Shown here: positions 1 through 12,529 of the stretch, in pieces
How positions within the stretch are numbered: position 1 is the stretch's first letter
How the letters are laid out: every line of letters begins with the position of its first letter
DNA from: Marsupella aquatica
Taxonomy: Eukaryota > Plantae > Marchantiophyta
DNA length: 64,000 bases
Direction: 5' to 3'
NCBI GenBank assembly: GCA_973895155.1
Contig: OZ316895.1
Span: forward strand, 8,358,184-8,422,183
Notes under the pieces: generated by a model
Databases searched by the model: none
Told to the model about the DNA's origin: nothing
Seen by the model: only the letters and a program-made list of their open reading frames with translations
Position numbers and translations under genes: made by a program

Positions 1-1714
1 ATAGATCAAAGTGAAGAAGCTCCAGTGGTCGGGAGGCCCGTGAAATAGATTGCTTAGGAATCTTTTCTCGATGATGCTTGGCTTGGACACAAGTGCCACA
101 AACTCGCTTGACTCGTGGGAGCATAGGAAGACCAGTTACCAAGGAGCCCTGGGACATATGGTGAACCATTTGATAATTTATGTGGCTGAGCCGTCGGTGC
201 CAGAGCTCAATCGCATCTTGATGCAAAACTTCAGCAGGGGCCTCAGTAAGGAGGACTGGGGCGGACTCCAATAGCTTTGCGTGGCGGTGAAAACGTGAGT
301 GGGGCGCCTGAGTAAGGGCCAAATGTGGAAGAGGGTGACGCAGCTTGTAAAGTCGATTTCTTGGATCACGAGCAGCAGTGAGGAAGACCTGCTGAGGATT
401 ATCTTTGTCAAAGACATGGCACGATTTAGAACTGAACAAAATAGGATGACCAGCATCAGTGAGAGTACCAATAGAGAGAAGATTTCGTGTCAGACCAGGA
501 ACATACAAAACTTTGCGAATCTCTTTATTCTGATCAATGGAAACTGTGCCGTGGCCAGCCACTGGGAGCTGGATGCCATTAGCAGTAGTCACAGAAGTTG
601 AGGAAGTTCCAGCAGTAAGATCACGAAAAACAGCAGGATCACCCGTGACATGGGTGCTAGCGCCAGAGTCGAGAATCCATTCTCGAGAGTTGTGCCTAGT
701 GTCAAGCTCAGTAAAATTTGCCTCCATGATTTCACTATCATCGTAAGTATCTTCCTCATCACCTTCGTAATAGTTATCAGAGATCTCAGCAGCATTGGCC
801 TGTGGCTTAAACCGGCGGATGCCAGCAGCTTTCAACTGCATTTCTGCAATTTCTTCATCGAGCTTCTTGAGGTCACATTGTGGCTCCCAATGGCCAGTCT
901 TCCCGCAATAGTTGCAACTGCCAATGCTGCGTCCTCGGCCGACAGACATTGATCGTGAGTTCCGGAGGTTGCTGAAGTGGCGTGGTGGGAAGCTGTGGCG
1001 TGGTGGGAAGTTCCCCTCAGTACGAGGTTGGAAGCGCCCTCGTCCGCGTCCATAGGAAAAGGAGCGAGTGACTGCCATAGCTTCCTCCGTAGTGTCCGTC
1101 TGCTTTCCTTTCCGCCAATACTCATCAGACTGGAGTCGTTCAAGCAGATTTGTGAATGTCGGCTTGGGGGACCGTGAGAGGTCAGCGCTGAACATAGAGA
1201 CAAATGTGCCCCAACTCAGAGGAAGACCTTGTAAGACTATGTGGATGAGACGGTGCTCGACAACTTCAGCATTCATGCTGGCCAGTTGTCCAGCAAGTGA
1301 GTTGATTTTGTTGATGTAGGATTCGACCGATCCTCCTTCATTCATACGGGTGTTCTGGAGCTTCTTCTCCAGTAGTAGCTGTCGTTGGACTGTATCACCT
1401 CCAAAACGCTGCTGAAAGTGTTCCCAGCACTTGGCTGGATCATCGGAAAACTTATCCACAGTAGATAAGAATTGAGGCTTCACGATGGAGGCCAAGATAG
1501 ATACGGCCCGAACTTTCTTCTTCTCGATCTCACGAGCAGTCAAGTGGGCCCCTCCATCGACAAGGTTGCCATTGGCATCTGGCTTTACACCAAAGTTCAG
1601 CTCAGCAAACAGCTCGTCACGTTTCAGCAGGTTCTTGACCACGATGGTCCACGTCATGTGATTCGTAGTGCCGGCAAGCTTATCGCTCTCAGAGAACAAT
1701 TTAAGAAGATCCAT
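1..1714 (-). CDS. Copia gag-pol polyprotein (N-terminal part, open to window edge)
   Basis: Manual translation from ATG 1714 (MDLLKLFSESDKLAG...) gives a UBN2-like gag, CCHC knuckle CNYCGKTGHWEPQC, protease WILDSGASTHVT and integrase Zn region LWHRRLSH...CGTC...LELLHFDL, all in one frame. Confidence 0.9.
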   Translation of the reverse strand, partial: MDLLKLFSESDKLAGTTNHMTWTIVVKNLLKRDELFAELNFGVKPDANGNLVDGGAHLTAREIEKKKVRAVSILASIVKPQFLSTVDKFSDDPAKCWEHFQQRFGGDTVQRQLLLEKKLQNTRMNEGGSVESYINKINSLAGQLASMNAEVVEHRLIHIVLQGLPLSWGTFVSMFSADLSRSPKPTFTNLLERLQSDEYWRKGKQTDTTEEAMAVTRSFSYGRGRGRFQPRTEGNFPPRHSFPPRHFSNLRNSRSMSVGRGRSIGSCNYCGKTGHWEPQCDLKKLDEEIAEMQLKAAGIRRFKPQANAAEISDNYYEGDEEDTYDDSEIMEANFTELDTRHNSREWILDSGASTHVTGDPAVFRDLTAGTSSTSVTTANGIQLPVAGHGTVSIDQNKEIRKVLYVPGLTRNLLSIGTLTDAGHPILFSSKSCHVFDKDNPQQVFLTAARDPRNRLYKLRHPLPHLALTQAPHSRFHRHAKLLESAPVLLTEAPAEVLHQDAIELWHRRLSHINYQMVHHMSQGSLVTGLPMLPRVKRVCGTCVQAKHHREKIPKQSISRASRPLELLHFDL

Positions 1715-1980
1715 AGCTAACAGATATGATTATACGGTGCTACAGTGCTCTAGTCAATGTTGAGGAACTTTCACTCAACCGAAGCTATTACGTAAGGAAT
1801 TCTAGTCCTATGCTAGATTATGATCACATCAGGGATCCTTTCTACCTGAGTGTATACTGTAGGAGTCGAGCTTAAGAAAGCTATTGCTATGTGATTACGT
1901 CAGGGAATCTCTCAACCTGAGTATACACTAAGTCTAGTTTCAAACGTAGAAAATTCTAGCGTGGATCGAGTAGAGCCTTA

Positions 1981-1992
1981 GCTATGATACCA
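1981..1992 (-). promoter_or_regulatory. Primer-binding site (tRNA-iMet type)
   Basis: The reverse complement is TGGTATCATAGC, one mismatch from the canonical TGGTATCAGAGC, and it abuts the LTR 3' CA. Confidence 0.85.
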
Positions 1993-3314
1993 TGTTGGTA
2001 ACAACCAATATTCTATTGCTACGATAGAACAAGGCGCAGGGCGCCATATAAGTAGGGAACGATGGATCCCTGGAAGAGGAAGAGATCAATGGACATAACG
2101 TAGTGACCTAGAACTAACAGCCTAGATGGCTACCGCATATCACGCATACTGGGCAACGTGATGTAAGGCAAGTAACGGTGATCAATAAAGATCACACTAG
2201 TGTCGTAGCCAGTCGCTTCTACACTACTTACGAGTAATAACTTCCAACAGAATGATGATTACCTGGCTTTAACCTTGCCAGACTGCCAGGATGATGTAAA
2301 TTGCTATAACAATATTTGTGACTTAAGCGCTGTCGATTCTGCATGATGATGAAGATTATACTTCACAACTAAATGAATAAATTATGGCTGGTCTTTACCT
2401 TACAGAACCATAGCACCTGTTGTTGAACGTTCACAGTGATCTAACTTTAGTGATCACACTGATATGCTTTTTCAAGACGGTACTATTTTGGCTACATTAC
2501 TCTGCTGGGTCAATTAGGGGAGCATCGGTTAATGTTGAGGCTTCGGGTGAAGCGACAATTTGTTGTCAACTGTTAGGGGAGATGCTACGTGTTAAGATCG
2601 TGTAAGAACAATTCAACCTTGATGCCTGCGGTTAAGAATGCCCACACTGTTGCACCTTCTCCTTTCAAACTCTGTAGTTGCGCTAGGATGTTGGAAGGAT
2701 CTTCGAAGCCCACGAAGTTGACCATTAGGTACATGGAATGCAAATTCGTAGTACTGTAGTGGATTCCGGGCTTCACATCCTTCCAGCCTGTCGTGGATAG
2801 ATGTTGAAACAGCTGTCCGTATCCTCCATCTTGGAGAGTTTCTGAGAGAACTGTGGAGGATGCTACCGAGACATCTTGCTATCCTGTGACTTGACTGAAG
2901 CTGATCCTCACATCAGGAGATGAACTCAGAAGTAATTGCAACTCGACCTGAAGTCGCCAATTCAAGAACAAAATTACGAAGGCATAGTCACCAAGACATT
3001 GATGGGTACAAGGTGAGCCACAATCGTTTCGCATTTCCAAATCCAGAAGCACAGAAGCGTTTCGCAGAAACGGCTCTCATGTGTGGACTTAATGCTGCCC
3101 CTGACCCCAGTCCGTGAAAGGCCCAACCAGATGGAACACATGTGCTCTATTGAGAAGGAGCGAGTAGAAAACGTAAAGAGCAAAAAGCGCGTACAGCCTT
3201 TATACAATAATTCAACAACTCTGATGCCCTGGCGCATTGAATCGTAGGCAGTTGTGCTCAATATTGATTCAACTAATTATATACCAGAATCCTCGGTCCC
3301 CTCCACATTCAACA
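1993..3314 (-). repeat. 5' LTR (~1.32 kb) of the copia element
   Basis: Bounded by tgttgg (1993) and tcaaca (3314), forming short inverted termini next to the PBS. The partner LTR is outside the window, so the outer boundary is inferred. Confidence 0.75.
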
Positions 3315-3380
3315 AACAAGGCTCTTTAAATTTGGGGCTATTTTACAACAGGATTCATGGTGTGTGGAGTAATAATTCCT

Positions 3381-5111
3381 TTATGCTGGTGTAATTCGAT
3401 TTCTCACTGTCACTGGGAGGCCATTCCTTATCTGCATGACGAGAGATGCCACATACTGAGGTTTGTAATCTTGGGAAACGCACAGCTCGAAGTTCGAAAG
3501 AATTGCAGCACAGACGAGTTTCATCTGCAACATGACCATATCTTTTCCCAAACAGATTCTTGGGCCTGCTTGGAAGACAGAAAACTTGTAAGGGCTTTGG
3601 GTTGAGAAGGTTCCTTCTTTCAGCCACCTCTCCGGCTTGAACTGACGAGCATCCTTGCCCCACAAATCCTCCAATCTGCCCATGGTGTAAGGATGGTACA
3701 TGACCAGTGCGTTTGCTGGCACGACAGTACCATCAGGCCACACATCAGACTTCCGGGCAATCTTCATATCTCTAGGCACAGGAGGGTACAGCCTCAACGA
3801 CTCTGTCAAAGCTGCATGCAAGTAGTGCATTCTCTTCAATTCCTCGAACGACAAGGTGGAGCCGATCTTGTCATGGCTGGTCTGCTCGGCGCCAGCACAC
3901 TCCGCAGCAGTGGACCGAGAGCTCACCACTCGTGAGATTTCTTTTAAAATTGCCAGCTCTACATCAGGATGACTAGAAAGTAACCAAAAAAACCACGATA
4001 GAGCAGCTGTGGTGGTGTCCCTCCCTGCCAGAACAAAACTGATAACGATATCGCGAAGAAAGGTATCTTTGGATTTAATGTTTCCACTGACTTTCAGATC
4101 GTCCGTAGATTTTTGATCGTGGTTTGTCAACTCTGCATCAATTTCTCCATTGCCTTGCTCTTCGCTTCTCACAAGGGCGATAAATCGTGAAAGAAGGTCA
4201 GTTTTGCCACCCAGAGTTTCCTGTTGTCCCCTGACGGAGGCCTCACGAAGTTCTTGCCTCCGAGCCTTTATGACACCCATGGCAAAGTCGTCAATCACAC
4301 CCACTTCACGTCGCAGCTCCTCAGGCTCTCCAATCTTCAAGGCTGCCTTGACTTTCCACAGAAACTTTGGAAATGTTTGAAGGCGCTTCATGCAAAGAAG
4401 GGTAGCTTTGTCGAAAGCTTCAGCAAATCTCACTTGGGGTAAAAAGATATCCAAGCAAGCTGGATCCACTCCAAACCCCAACTGGCAAGTGTTATCAAAA
4501 GCAAACCGGGCAAAAATGTCCTGTAGATCAAAAACTTGCCCAGATTGGGAGGCTTTGTGGAGAAAGGGCAGGAGGCGATCAGACGTTTCTCTCACTGCAG
4601 ACTCCAGCACGAAATCTCTCAATGAACGAGTGGTGAATTCATGGCTTGCCACTTTTCTCTGGACCTTCCAGAGATGGTCATCTGCATTGAAAATCCCATT
4701 GCCGAGCAGTTCTCGCAAGTTCTCGATCATGTATTCACCCTTCGGATAGTTTTCGAAGTTGGTCTTCAGAATGTACTCCACATTCGCCGGATTCGCTGTG
4801 ATGAAGATGACAGTTCCTCCTGGACGCACAATCCTAAGGGTATGGCCTGGAAGTTGGCTTAGAACGTCAAAGACATACTCCAGTAGTCTGTGCCTGTTTT
4901 GATGAAAAGTGATAATTGAGCCCACTATAGGATAAACTTTTGGGCCCTTGTTCTTCCCATACAGAGGATGCGTGGCCCACCATTTGTAGAGAAAGTAAGC
5001 CACAACCGCCAATGTGTCGATCAAACCCACCAGCAGAACGTCCCTCCTTAATCCCTCGTCCTCTTGCACTTGCACTGCTAAATGTGACAGCTGATTTGAG
5101 AGGCAAGACAT
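3381..5111 (-). CDS. Cytochrome P450, CYP86 clan, CYP94-like (fatty-acid/oxylipin omega-hydroxylase type); intronless
   Basis: N-terminal TM anchor, TANPANVEYILKTNFENYPKG, I-helix AGRDTT, ExxR (ESLR), PERW and heme motif FQAGPRICLG. First ATG is at 5111; the ORF-track start at 5135 is TTG. Confidence 0.93.
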   Translation of the reverse strand: MSCLSNQLSHLAVQVQEDEGLRRDVLLVGLIDTLAVVAYFLYKWWATHPLYGKNKGPKVYPIVGSIITFHQNRHRLLEYVFDVLSQLPGHTLRIVRPGGTVIFITANPANVEYILKTNFENYPKGEYMIENLRELLGNGIFNADDHLWKVQRKVASHEFTTRSLRDFVLESAVRETSDRLLPFLHKASQSGQVFDLQDIFARFAFDNTCQLGFGVDPACLDIFLPQVRFAEAFDKATLLCMKRLQTFPKFLWKVKAALKIGEPEELRREVGVIDDFAMGVIKARRQELREASVRGQQETLGGKTDLLSRFIALVRSEEQGNGEIDAELTNHDQKSTDDLKVSGNIKSKDTFLRDIVISFVLAGRDTTTAALSWFFWLLSSHPDVELAILKEISRVVSSRSTAAECAGAEQTSHDKIGSTLSFEELKRMHYLHAALTESLRLYPPVPRDMKIARKSDVWPDGTVVPANALVMYHPYTMGRLEDLWGKDARQFKPERWLKEGTFSTQSPYKFSVFQAGPRICLGKDMVMLQMKLVCAAILSNFELCVSQDYKPQYVASLVMQIRNGLPVTVRNRITPA

Positions 5112-5131
5112 TTTTGACTGACTGGTTCGAT

Positions 5132-5175
5132 TCAACTCAACTCAACTCAACTCAACTCAACTCAACTCAACTCAA
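5132..5175. repeat. (CTCAA)n pentanucleotide microsatellite in the P450 5' leader
   Basis: About 8-9 consecutive CTCAA units. Confidence 0.9.
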
Positions 5176-7606
5176 GTTCAGTTCATCAACCAATTCAATT
5201 CAGTAAACTACATAACAAATCCATCAATCTCACTCGTCACCACAAGTTTCCCCTCTCGATCAATTCCAAAATTTACGGTAAGGAGACAGAGAGGTCATGA
5301 CAATTAAATTGGAAGAGAGTGACTTCGAGTTGCCTCTCAATTGGATCTGGCCGAGGAAGCTACTCAGGAATGAACACGGATGTAATGAAGCTGCAGTGTC
5401 AACTTGCTCCATAAGCTACTGCGTCCCTCCTTGAAGCCATGCACTGGAATAGCTGGAATGTCCAAGACGTTTCGGGCGATCTGTCACAAAGCAGTTCCGT
5501 CATTAGAGAGCTACATGCGAAAGCACAATTGTAGACTAATGACATCGATCCTTTCTCGTAGCTACAAATGTGAAAATTCACATACGTGGGTTGTGGATGT
5601 GAGATTTCATCGATAATTATCAATCCTCTCAGGCGGTTTAGTTGTCTAAGAGCAGGAATTGAATGCTTAATCTGCGTAGAAGCTCCAAATGTCTACGTTC
5701 TGAAACGTTGAGTCAAGAACGACTCAATCAATTGCACCTTGATTCAGGGAGGACTGCAAAAAATCAGTAGCATGAGTATATATCATTACCACAGGAAAAG
5801 CACACAGCAGAGGCGACTTCTTCAATCCCTTCAGCTCGAGGAGGAAAAATGTATCCAAATTTCCGAAGACACGAAGGCAGATTGGAAAAAGGACTAGATG
5901 AAGACGGCAACTAGGTTGAGCTCAATTAGAAGGATACGCATATACTAACAACTTGCGAAGATATCTTGTAGACGAAGTCAGAGCGAAGCCCAGAGTCAAA
6001 CTGAAGACCAAATTTCGCTTTGAATTGCAGGCCGGCCACTAGAACAATGGAAAGAAAATGTGCGTGCTTCCGGGCCCTCTTGGTACCACTTAAGACGGTC
6101 TGGTTCTTCATGATTGACTCAAAATCTTTTCGGGCAGACCGATTTTCAGGTGCAAGGGGGGTGCGTGGTGTTGCCGTCAGGTAAAGTGCCACTGGCCTAA
6201 GGATGGACACTCGCATCATCCTTTGGTCACATTATGCTGCGGAAGACCTTGTTCAGTCGGTGGTGAGAAATCTTGACAAGCAAAATCGTTCAGACCAATA
6301 GAGAGCAGGCATGCCTCAACCTCGAAGTTGGAAGTAATGATGTCATTCATGGTGGACATCATGAGTGATCCCCTCGGATTTCTCAGCTCACAGAATTCAA
6401 ACGAATTAACCCCTGCCAAATGACAGGAGTAACACTGAAGCAGCGTTGCTATTTCCCTACAGCTACCTCACCATCTAGTCGAACCTTTCCCCAATTTGGG
6501 AATTTCTACAAGTATCCCATTTCCATACTTGATTGTTCTCAATTAGGTTATCTGGACCATCGGAGCCTAAGCTTCCCACGCCCAGACCTGACCGGAAACG
6601 TATTCCTTGGCCCTATGTAGCCAATGATCAAAGCATCTACAAAAACTGTTCCAGGTCCAAGCTCCTACTTGTAGAACTTCAATTGCTCTTTTGATCAATA
6701 TATTTCTTTCACAGCACCATAGATTTAGCTTGTTGTAGGTCAGGAGTGTTTCTCACGAATTGAAGTAGAGTTTGCACGGGGAGCGAAGAATAGGAGTTGA
6801 CTCTGAAGCAAAGAGCCTGGCAACTCATTTCGGAGAGAAATCAATGAAAGCGTGAAAAATTGATGGGAATCGAGAGGATATCGATAATTGGCTAAGCAAT
6901 CAGTTGGTTAACTGATGCCAAGAGAGACGCGGCAGAGGTGGACCGGCAGGTGAAGTGAGTGGGCTTACTCATTCAACTCCCGTCCTCGGAGCTGGATCAC
7001 AGGGACAGAACCAGCCAGCCATTCCAACCACTTCACTTGCACAACTGACGTGATCCCCCACCTCTCCCGGCCAGCCTCCTCGTCAAAAACTCCGTCCCAC
7101 GAACCTCCCCGCTCCTCGGCAACAAGAAATTCTCTCCGAAGTGAATGAACATAATCCAGTTTCGATGAAACAGCCTCTCCCAACCAAACCCATCGATCAC
7201 AACAACAGGTCCATCACTCAATTAAATTCCGTTTTTCAAAATCGTTCATCCTCTGCAAATTCAAACAGAGTACACAACCTTTGGCATGACTGTCCCAGTG
7301 TTTCATTGAGCATCAGCTGATGCTGATGATTTGATCACGAGGAATAAAAGCTGTCCTGATGAGAATCATGATGAAACAGGCGCTCATCAAGTGCGTATAA
7401 GAGAAGAGAATGTGACTTGTTTGCTGCTCTGTGGCGGGACATGAATGGCCCCCAACCCGCATCGCCCTGCACCTATTAAGCCTCGCACCAGGGTGGACAC
7501 CTTTGGGGCCATTGATTCTTCCTATTCCCCATGAGACGTTGTGGGGCATGCTGTTTTTTTAATTCCCTATGAAGCGGTGGGGGCTTTTTAATTTCCTATG
7601 AAAAAT

Positions 7607-7922
7607 GGGGGGGTTAGTTCAGTTGGCGGCTAGGGGACTGGAGTTTCAAGGTCCTAGGTTCAAACCCCCCCCCCCCCCAACACACACACACACACACACA
7701 CATGTGGAGGGTATGTGTGTGGGTGGGATGCATTGGAGTTCTGATTATCTCTTTGGCCCCTGATACACAAGGATGTGAAGGGTTTTGTGGGTAGTGGATT
7801 GGAGTTCTGATTACCTCTGGTTGCCCACTTGGTGACCCTGATTTAATACTCTCTCCCTGGTGGTGCCAGTCTCTGTTAGATCCGGTGTGAGGGTCACCCT
7901 GAAATGGTTTCACTGCAAAAAA
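7607..7922 (+). mobile_element. Probable tRNA-derived SINE
   Basis: Pol III A-box-like TAGTTCAGTTGG (7615-7626) and B-box GGTTCAAACC (7657-7666) at tRNA-like spacing, followed by a non-tRNA body ending in an A run. Confidence 0.55.
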
Positions 7923-9499
7923 TGTATGTCACTATTGGGGTGAGGAGAGTCTACTTCTTCCTCATTTCCTTTTAGGACCAAAAAGAAAAATGGGGGGCAT
8001 TTTTGGGATTATTTCACTAGATTGCTAGTCTTTTATTTATCACAGTGCCAGTGTTTTTGTTTTAGGTTAAGCAAATTAACTTAGGCTAGCCCTTTCACAT
8101 CCAATGGCTATCATTGCACCCGTCCTATGATAGGATAGCTCCAGTCTCCCTCAAGGTGACTTTGACCACCCTCTACAGGACAGAAACGGAGGCTATGTGT
8201 GGAGACAGGCCGGCCCTTGACAAATGCCTAGAATGGGAAGACAGGACCACCCACCTTGCCCCTCAGTCAATTGACCCATGAGTTGTCAAAGTTACCTTGA
8301 GGATGACTCAGGTTGTTTCATCACAAAACTGGGTGCGATGACAACCATAATTGGATGTGAAAGAGCTCAACCAAGTTAATTTTCTTAACTCACAAATGAA
8401 AGCAATGGCAAGGCACAAATTAGGAAACCAGAGTGGTAATCTAGTGAATCCTAGGAGGGGCATTATTGATTTTGTTCCTTACTAGCCCAATGTCTGTGAG
8501 TTGCATGATTGTCCTTGTTGCATCTTGGTAAATGGGGCATGTTGTGATTGGTGCAACAATGCCAGTGCAAAACACTAAAATGTGGTCATTGCGACATGTT
8601 TTCACTGGTGCAACATACAATACTCGTGCACAACACTCAAGTGTCAAGGTGAGACAAAGAAATACAAGAGAGGAGTGTTAATTCTCGTGTTAATTGTTAT
8701 GACCATGTAATCATGATGTGACAATATTTGATGGTGAGTTGCACAAAAACGGTGATGAGAGACCAAAAATTCCAGATGAGGTAAGGAAGTGTTCTTGTTC
8801 CAATTATGTCATATGTTTAATCATGTTCCTAAGTGTGGAAGTATCTACATTTTTTGGTTGGGTGGTAGTTGTTGTGGAAATGTTGTCATTTGATCATTGC
8901 TCTTATGAAACTAGTGCTATTCTAACTTTGTCATTTGTGTAGTCATGTTTGTGAGTGAAAGTCTTGTTGCTTTGGTTGGGTGATAATTGTTGTGGCAATG
9001 TTATCATTTGATGACTGTTGTTATGAAAGTGATGTTGTTGGGGAGGGTGAGGGCAAGAGCATGGGACTCAAGATGGGTGACAATGGTCACAAAATCACCT
9101 ATTCATATTAGTTACCAACAAGAAGCTATCCATGGTCACGCAATAGGAGGGATAAAATTTACTTTATTTATTTATCTATATTTTCTTCTATTTTTGATAA
9201 CTTTCTAACTTTTTACAATTTTAATTCATAATTTCATTTGATTTCATGTAGGGCAGGAAATGGGCAACTTGGGCAGGTAGGGGAGGGAGGAGGGTGTATG
9301 GGTGGATTTGACACGGCAGAAAAAATGATTTCAAGATGAATGCATAGGATTTGCTCCCACCTTTTCCCTTTTTGTAAGCAAATGATCCCCAATTTTGATA
9401 GGATCATTTTGCTATATCGTGAGGGATGTACTATTGCAATGTACTATTCAGGTTTTCTCTAGGAGTTTGGTACAGATGCTACAGGAGATGGTGCTTGAT

Positions 9500-10260
9500 T
9501 TATGTGGTCCTCCACCACAAAGATTACATGTTGATCTTACCATGGTACGTACGAGATGGCAAGCAGACCTAGGCTAATGTTATCGTGGACAACCCGTTGT
9601 GTCTAAGCATCATTGGGATACATAGCAGCTAGCGGCATAGTCAGAGACACAAACAACAACTTACAACTAAAGAGGCAAAATATTCAGCGCAAGTGTCATC
9701 AGATAACTACCCCCTCCTTCCTATTGAGATCTTTGGGAGACTCCATCATCACTTTGATGGGCTCATTTGACAGACAACTCGCGACTTTCATTGACAAGCG
9801 GATTTCATTGGCCCACCACTATCCGTTTGACCACACACTTTTGTCAATGAATTTCAGTGATGCCAATATATGTTGAAGCTCAAGTGATCTATTGTGTATC
9901 TCTAACCATGGTTACTCGTGTGCCTCCATAGCAGCTTCCCCCCTTAGAAGACATTGCGGAAACCATCCTTGAATGTCCCACTTGTAGACTTAGTTTTCAC
10001 ACTCAATGATTGGAGACCACTAGCTCATGTCAAATAGTGTACATGTGGATGAGTAGCTCATCACACTATGGCACTGTTGATATCTTTTCCCAGTTTTTCT
10101 TTTGCATGATCCTTCTAGGTTTTTGAGGTTTCTCTTTGCACACTTAAGTTGAGTTTGGTGTACTTTTCTGTATGAATCTCTTTTGCTTGTTTGATCCCTT
10201 TTAGATTGTTTATTATAGTGTTTGATGAGAAGTTGGAGCCATTGCTCTTTTTGTTTTCTA
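9500..10260 (+). mobile_element. Degraded 3' fragment of an RLE-type (CRE/R2-like) non-LTR retrotransposon
   Basis: Manual translation TKEAKYSAQVSSDNYPLLPIEIFGRLHHHFDGLI* is homologous to the copy at 12757-13130. A T-rich tail follows. Confidence 0.6.
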
Positions 10261-12529
10261 TGAAACGTTGGGGCCCATTGCTTGTTTTTATTCCATATGA
10301 AAAGTTGGCGGCCATTGATTATTTTTTATTTTGGCCCCTTAGATAAAATGTGGACCTCATAATGAGTAGAGACAGTTGGAGTTGGCTTTACAAGAATTGG
10401 AGGGCCATTCAGGTATAGTCCCTAGTGACCCTAGCTATTTGACAAACAATGGGCGCTTTACAATAAAGTGGGTAATTCAGGTATGGTGCCTATTGATCCC
10501 ACATGGCAAATGGGCCCAAAGAAATGCCCATGTGGGTTGATTGCGTTGTCTGGAATTTTAGACCACATCCAAAGGTGGTTCAAACATTCCCAATCTTTGG
10601 CTACTTGAAGAGACCTTTTAATTGATGACAAGGACAAAGTAGTGATTTGCATTTATCACACTATTGGAGTATATGTGGACCATTAGCTCATCACACTATT
10701 TCAGTAAAACAACATTCTACAAACAAGATAGGTGCAAAGGCTCACTAACAAATTTGCAAGGATTGATAAGCTCATTTTCAAGTTATGATTACACGAAGTG
10801 ATTAGTAGAGGTCAAGGTTGCAAATTCATGAAGGTCAGGTTACTATTGCACTAAAGGTGTATCTACACCCTTTAAAGCGAGTGTACCTACAATTTTCTTT
10901 CGTTCTGTTTGGATTGCAATACCTATATATCATGTTTTCATCAATATTCATAAGAGGTATCAGTAGGTATATATAGTCTGGGTATAGTGGTGGGTATAAG
11001 AAATGTATGTGGTTACCAGGAAGGTAAGGTATATGTAGTACACTAGCTCAATGCACGTGCATTGCACAGACGATGCCAAGATGAGATAAAGATGTGGAGG
11101 TCAGACAAAAATGTCATGATGAGACAACGATGTCATGGCAACACAAAGATGTCAAGCAAGTTTAGATGTCATGCAAGGATCTTGAGGCTAGGCAAAGAAC
11201 TGCAGCGGAGGCAAGGGATTGACTGCCCGATTGCCGGCCAGACAAAGAAATGTAAGCAAGGCAAAGAAATACAGGTCACAAGGTAAAGAACTTGTTGAGA
11301 CATCTCAGGTGTTGTTGCAACTGTATTGTCGTTATGGCCCCAGTTATGGTGATGTGTTCATGAAGTTGTTGCGGCTATGCGGTCATTACCTGGGTCATTT
11401 TGGCCATGATGAAAAGCCCAATGCACAAGCATTACACATAAACACTCAAGTAAGGTAAAGAAATGCACGTGAGGCTGCAAGGAAATGTTGTCGTTTGACA
11501 GACAATGTTTGTGCAATGACACGGTTGCAAAATTTTGTTGTTTTGGTGGAGTGGTTCCTGTTGCCAAATATCTTCATGTTGGTCAATATTGTTGGTACAA
11601 ATGTGATGTTGGGGAGGGTGAGCACATGAGAGGGGTAGAGAGAGCGCAAGATGGGCGTTGGCAATGGGGCATCAGAGGCCCAAGCACAGGTCCACAATCA
11701 ATCTTGTGGTGCTACGTGGAAGGATAATAATTTCTTTGTTCCCTTCCTCTTTTTTATCTTTAGTACTCTCCTTTACACCCTCTTGCTCTCTTACTCCCCA
11801 CCCTTTGCTCTCACCACCCTCTTCTTTTGCTCACTGCACTTGCAATGGGGCCTCAATTACGAGGCTGTGCCAGGGAGGGAGGATGCACATATGGTGAGCC
11901 AAGGCGTACATGGGGGGGGGGGGGGGGGTTAAAGGGTCTTTTGGGGGGATCAAACTGTTTGGAAAAATTGAAAAACTGTTGGCTGGGGTGTAAAGGGTGG
12001 AGGGAGACCATTTTCCTTTAATTGCTCCCTTTCTTCCTGCCTTCCCCCCCCCCCCCCCCCCTTCTCCTGCGCCTACCTTTCTCTCCTTCCACTCTCCCTC
12101 CCTGGTTCTTTGGCTCCATCCCTCCCCTCTTCAAGATGATTTAAAAGGAGAAGAAAAAAAACAAGGAGGCAAAAACAAAATGATATCAAAGGAAAATTAA
12201 AAAATCCCATTCTACCCAGCAAAAAGCCAAAAACAACTATTATACCAACCTAATCCTCATGTCATGCTAAAAAGTACTGAGCTAGCAAATTTACATCAAA
12301 TATACCTACTTTAGAAGCAAGTATATCCTTGGGTATTATCCCCTTCCATTGGATAACTATCCCCTTTTAGTAAATCAGAGAACATTGGTCAAGACCTTGG
12401 GCAGGGAGTGAGTCCAAGTCAGCCACCTCCCAACATATAGGTCATGGAGACATGGATCCAAATGGAGGGTCACCAGCTCATATGGGAAATGCAATCACTC
12501 TTGTCAAGGAAATATACACACTTTTTATA

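Larger units (their letters stand above)
1..3314 (-). mobile_element. Ty1/copia LTR retrotransposon, 5' portion (5' LTR, PBS, gag-protease-start of integrase); continues beyond the window's left edge
   Basis: LTR with TG...CA ends at 1993-3314. PBS TGGTATCATAGC lies immediately inside it. The ORF has copia domain order gag-PR-IN. Confidence 0.92.

Noticed and set aside
50-1720. Many short + strand ORFs over the copia gag-pol
   Set aside because: Antisense or alternate-frame shadows of the - strand polyprotein.
5400-7250. Coding-like stretch upstream of the P450
   Set aside because: The frames I translated gave no recognisable motif and frequent stops. It may be a decayed TE or gene, but I cannot support a call.
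11912-12061. Poly-G and poly-C runs as a functional hairpin or G-quadruplex
   Set aside because: Such homopolymers are frequent throughout this window's repeats and there is no specific evidence of function.
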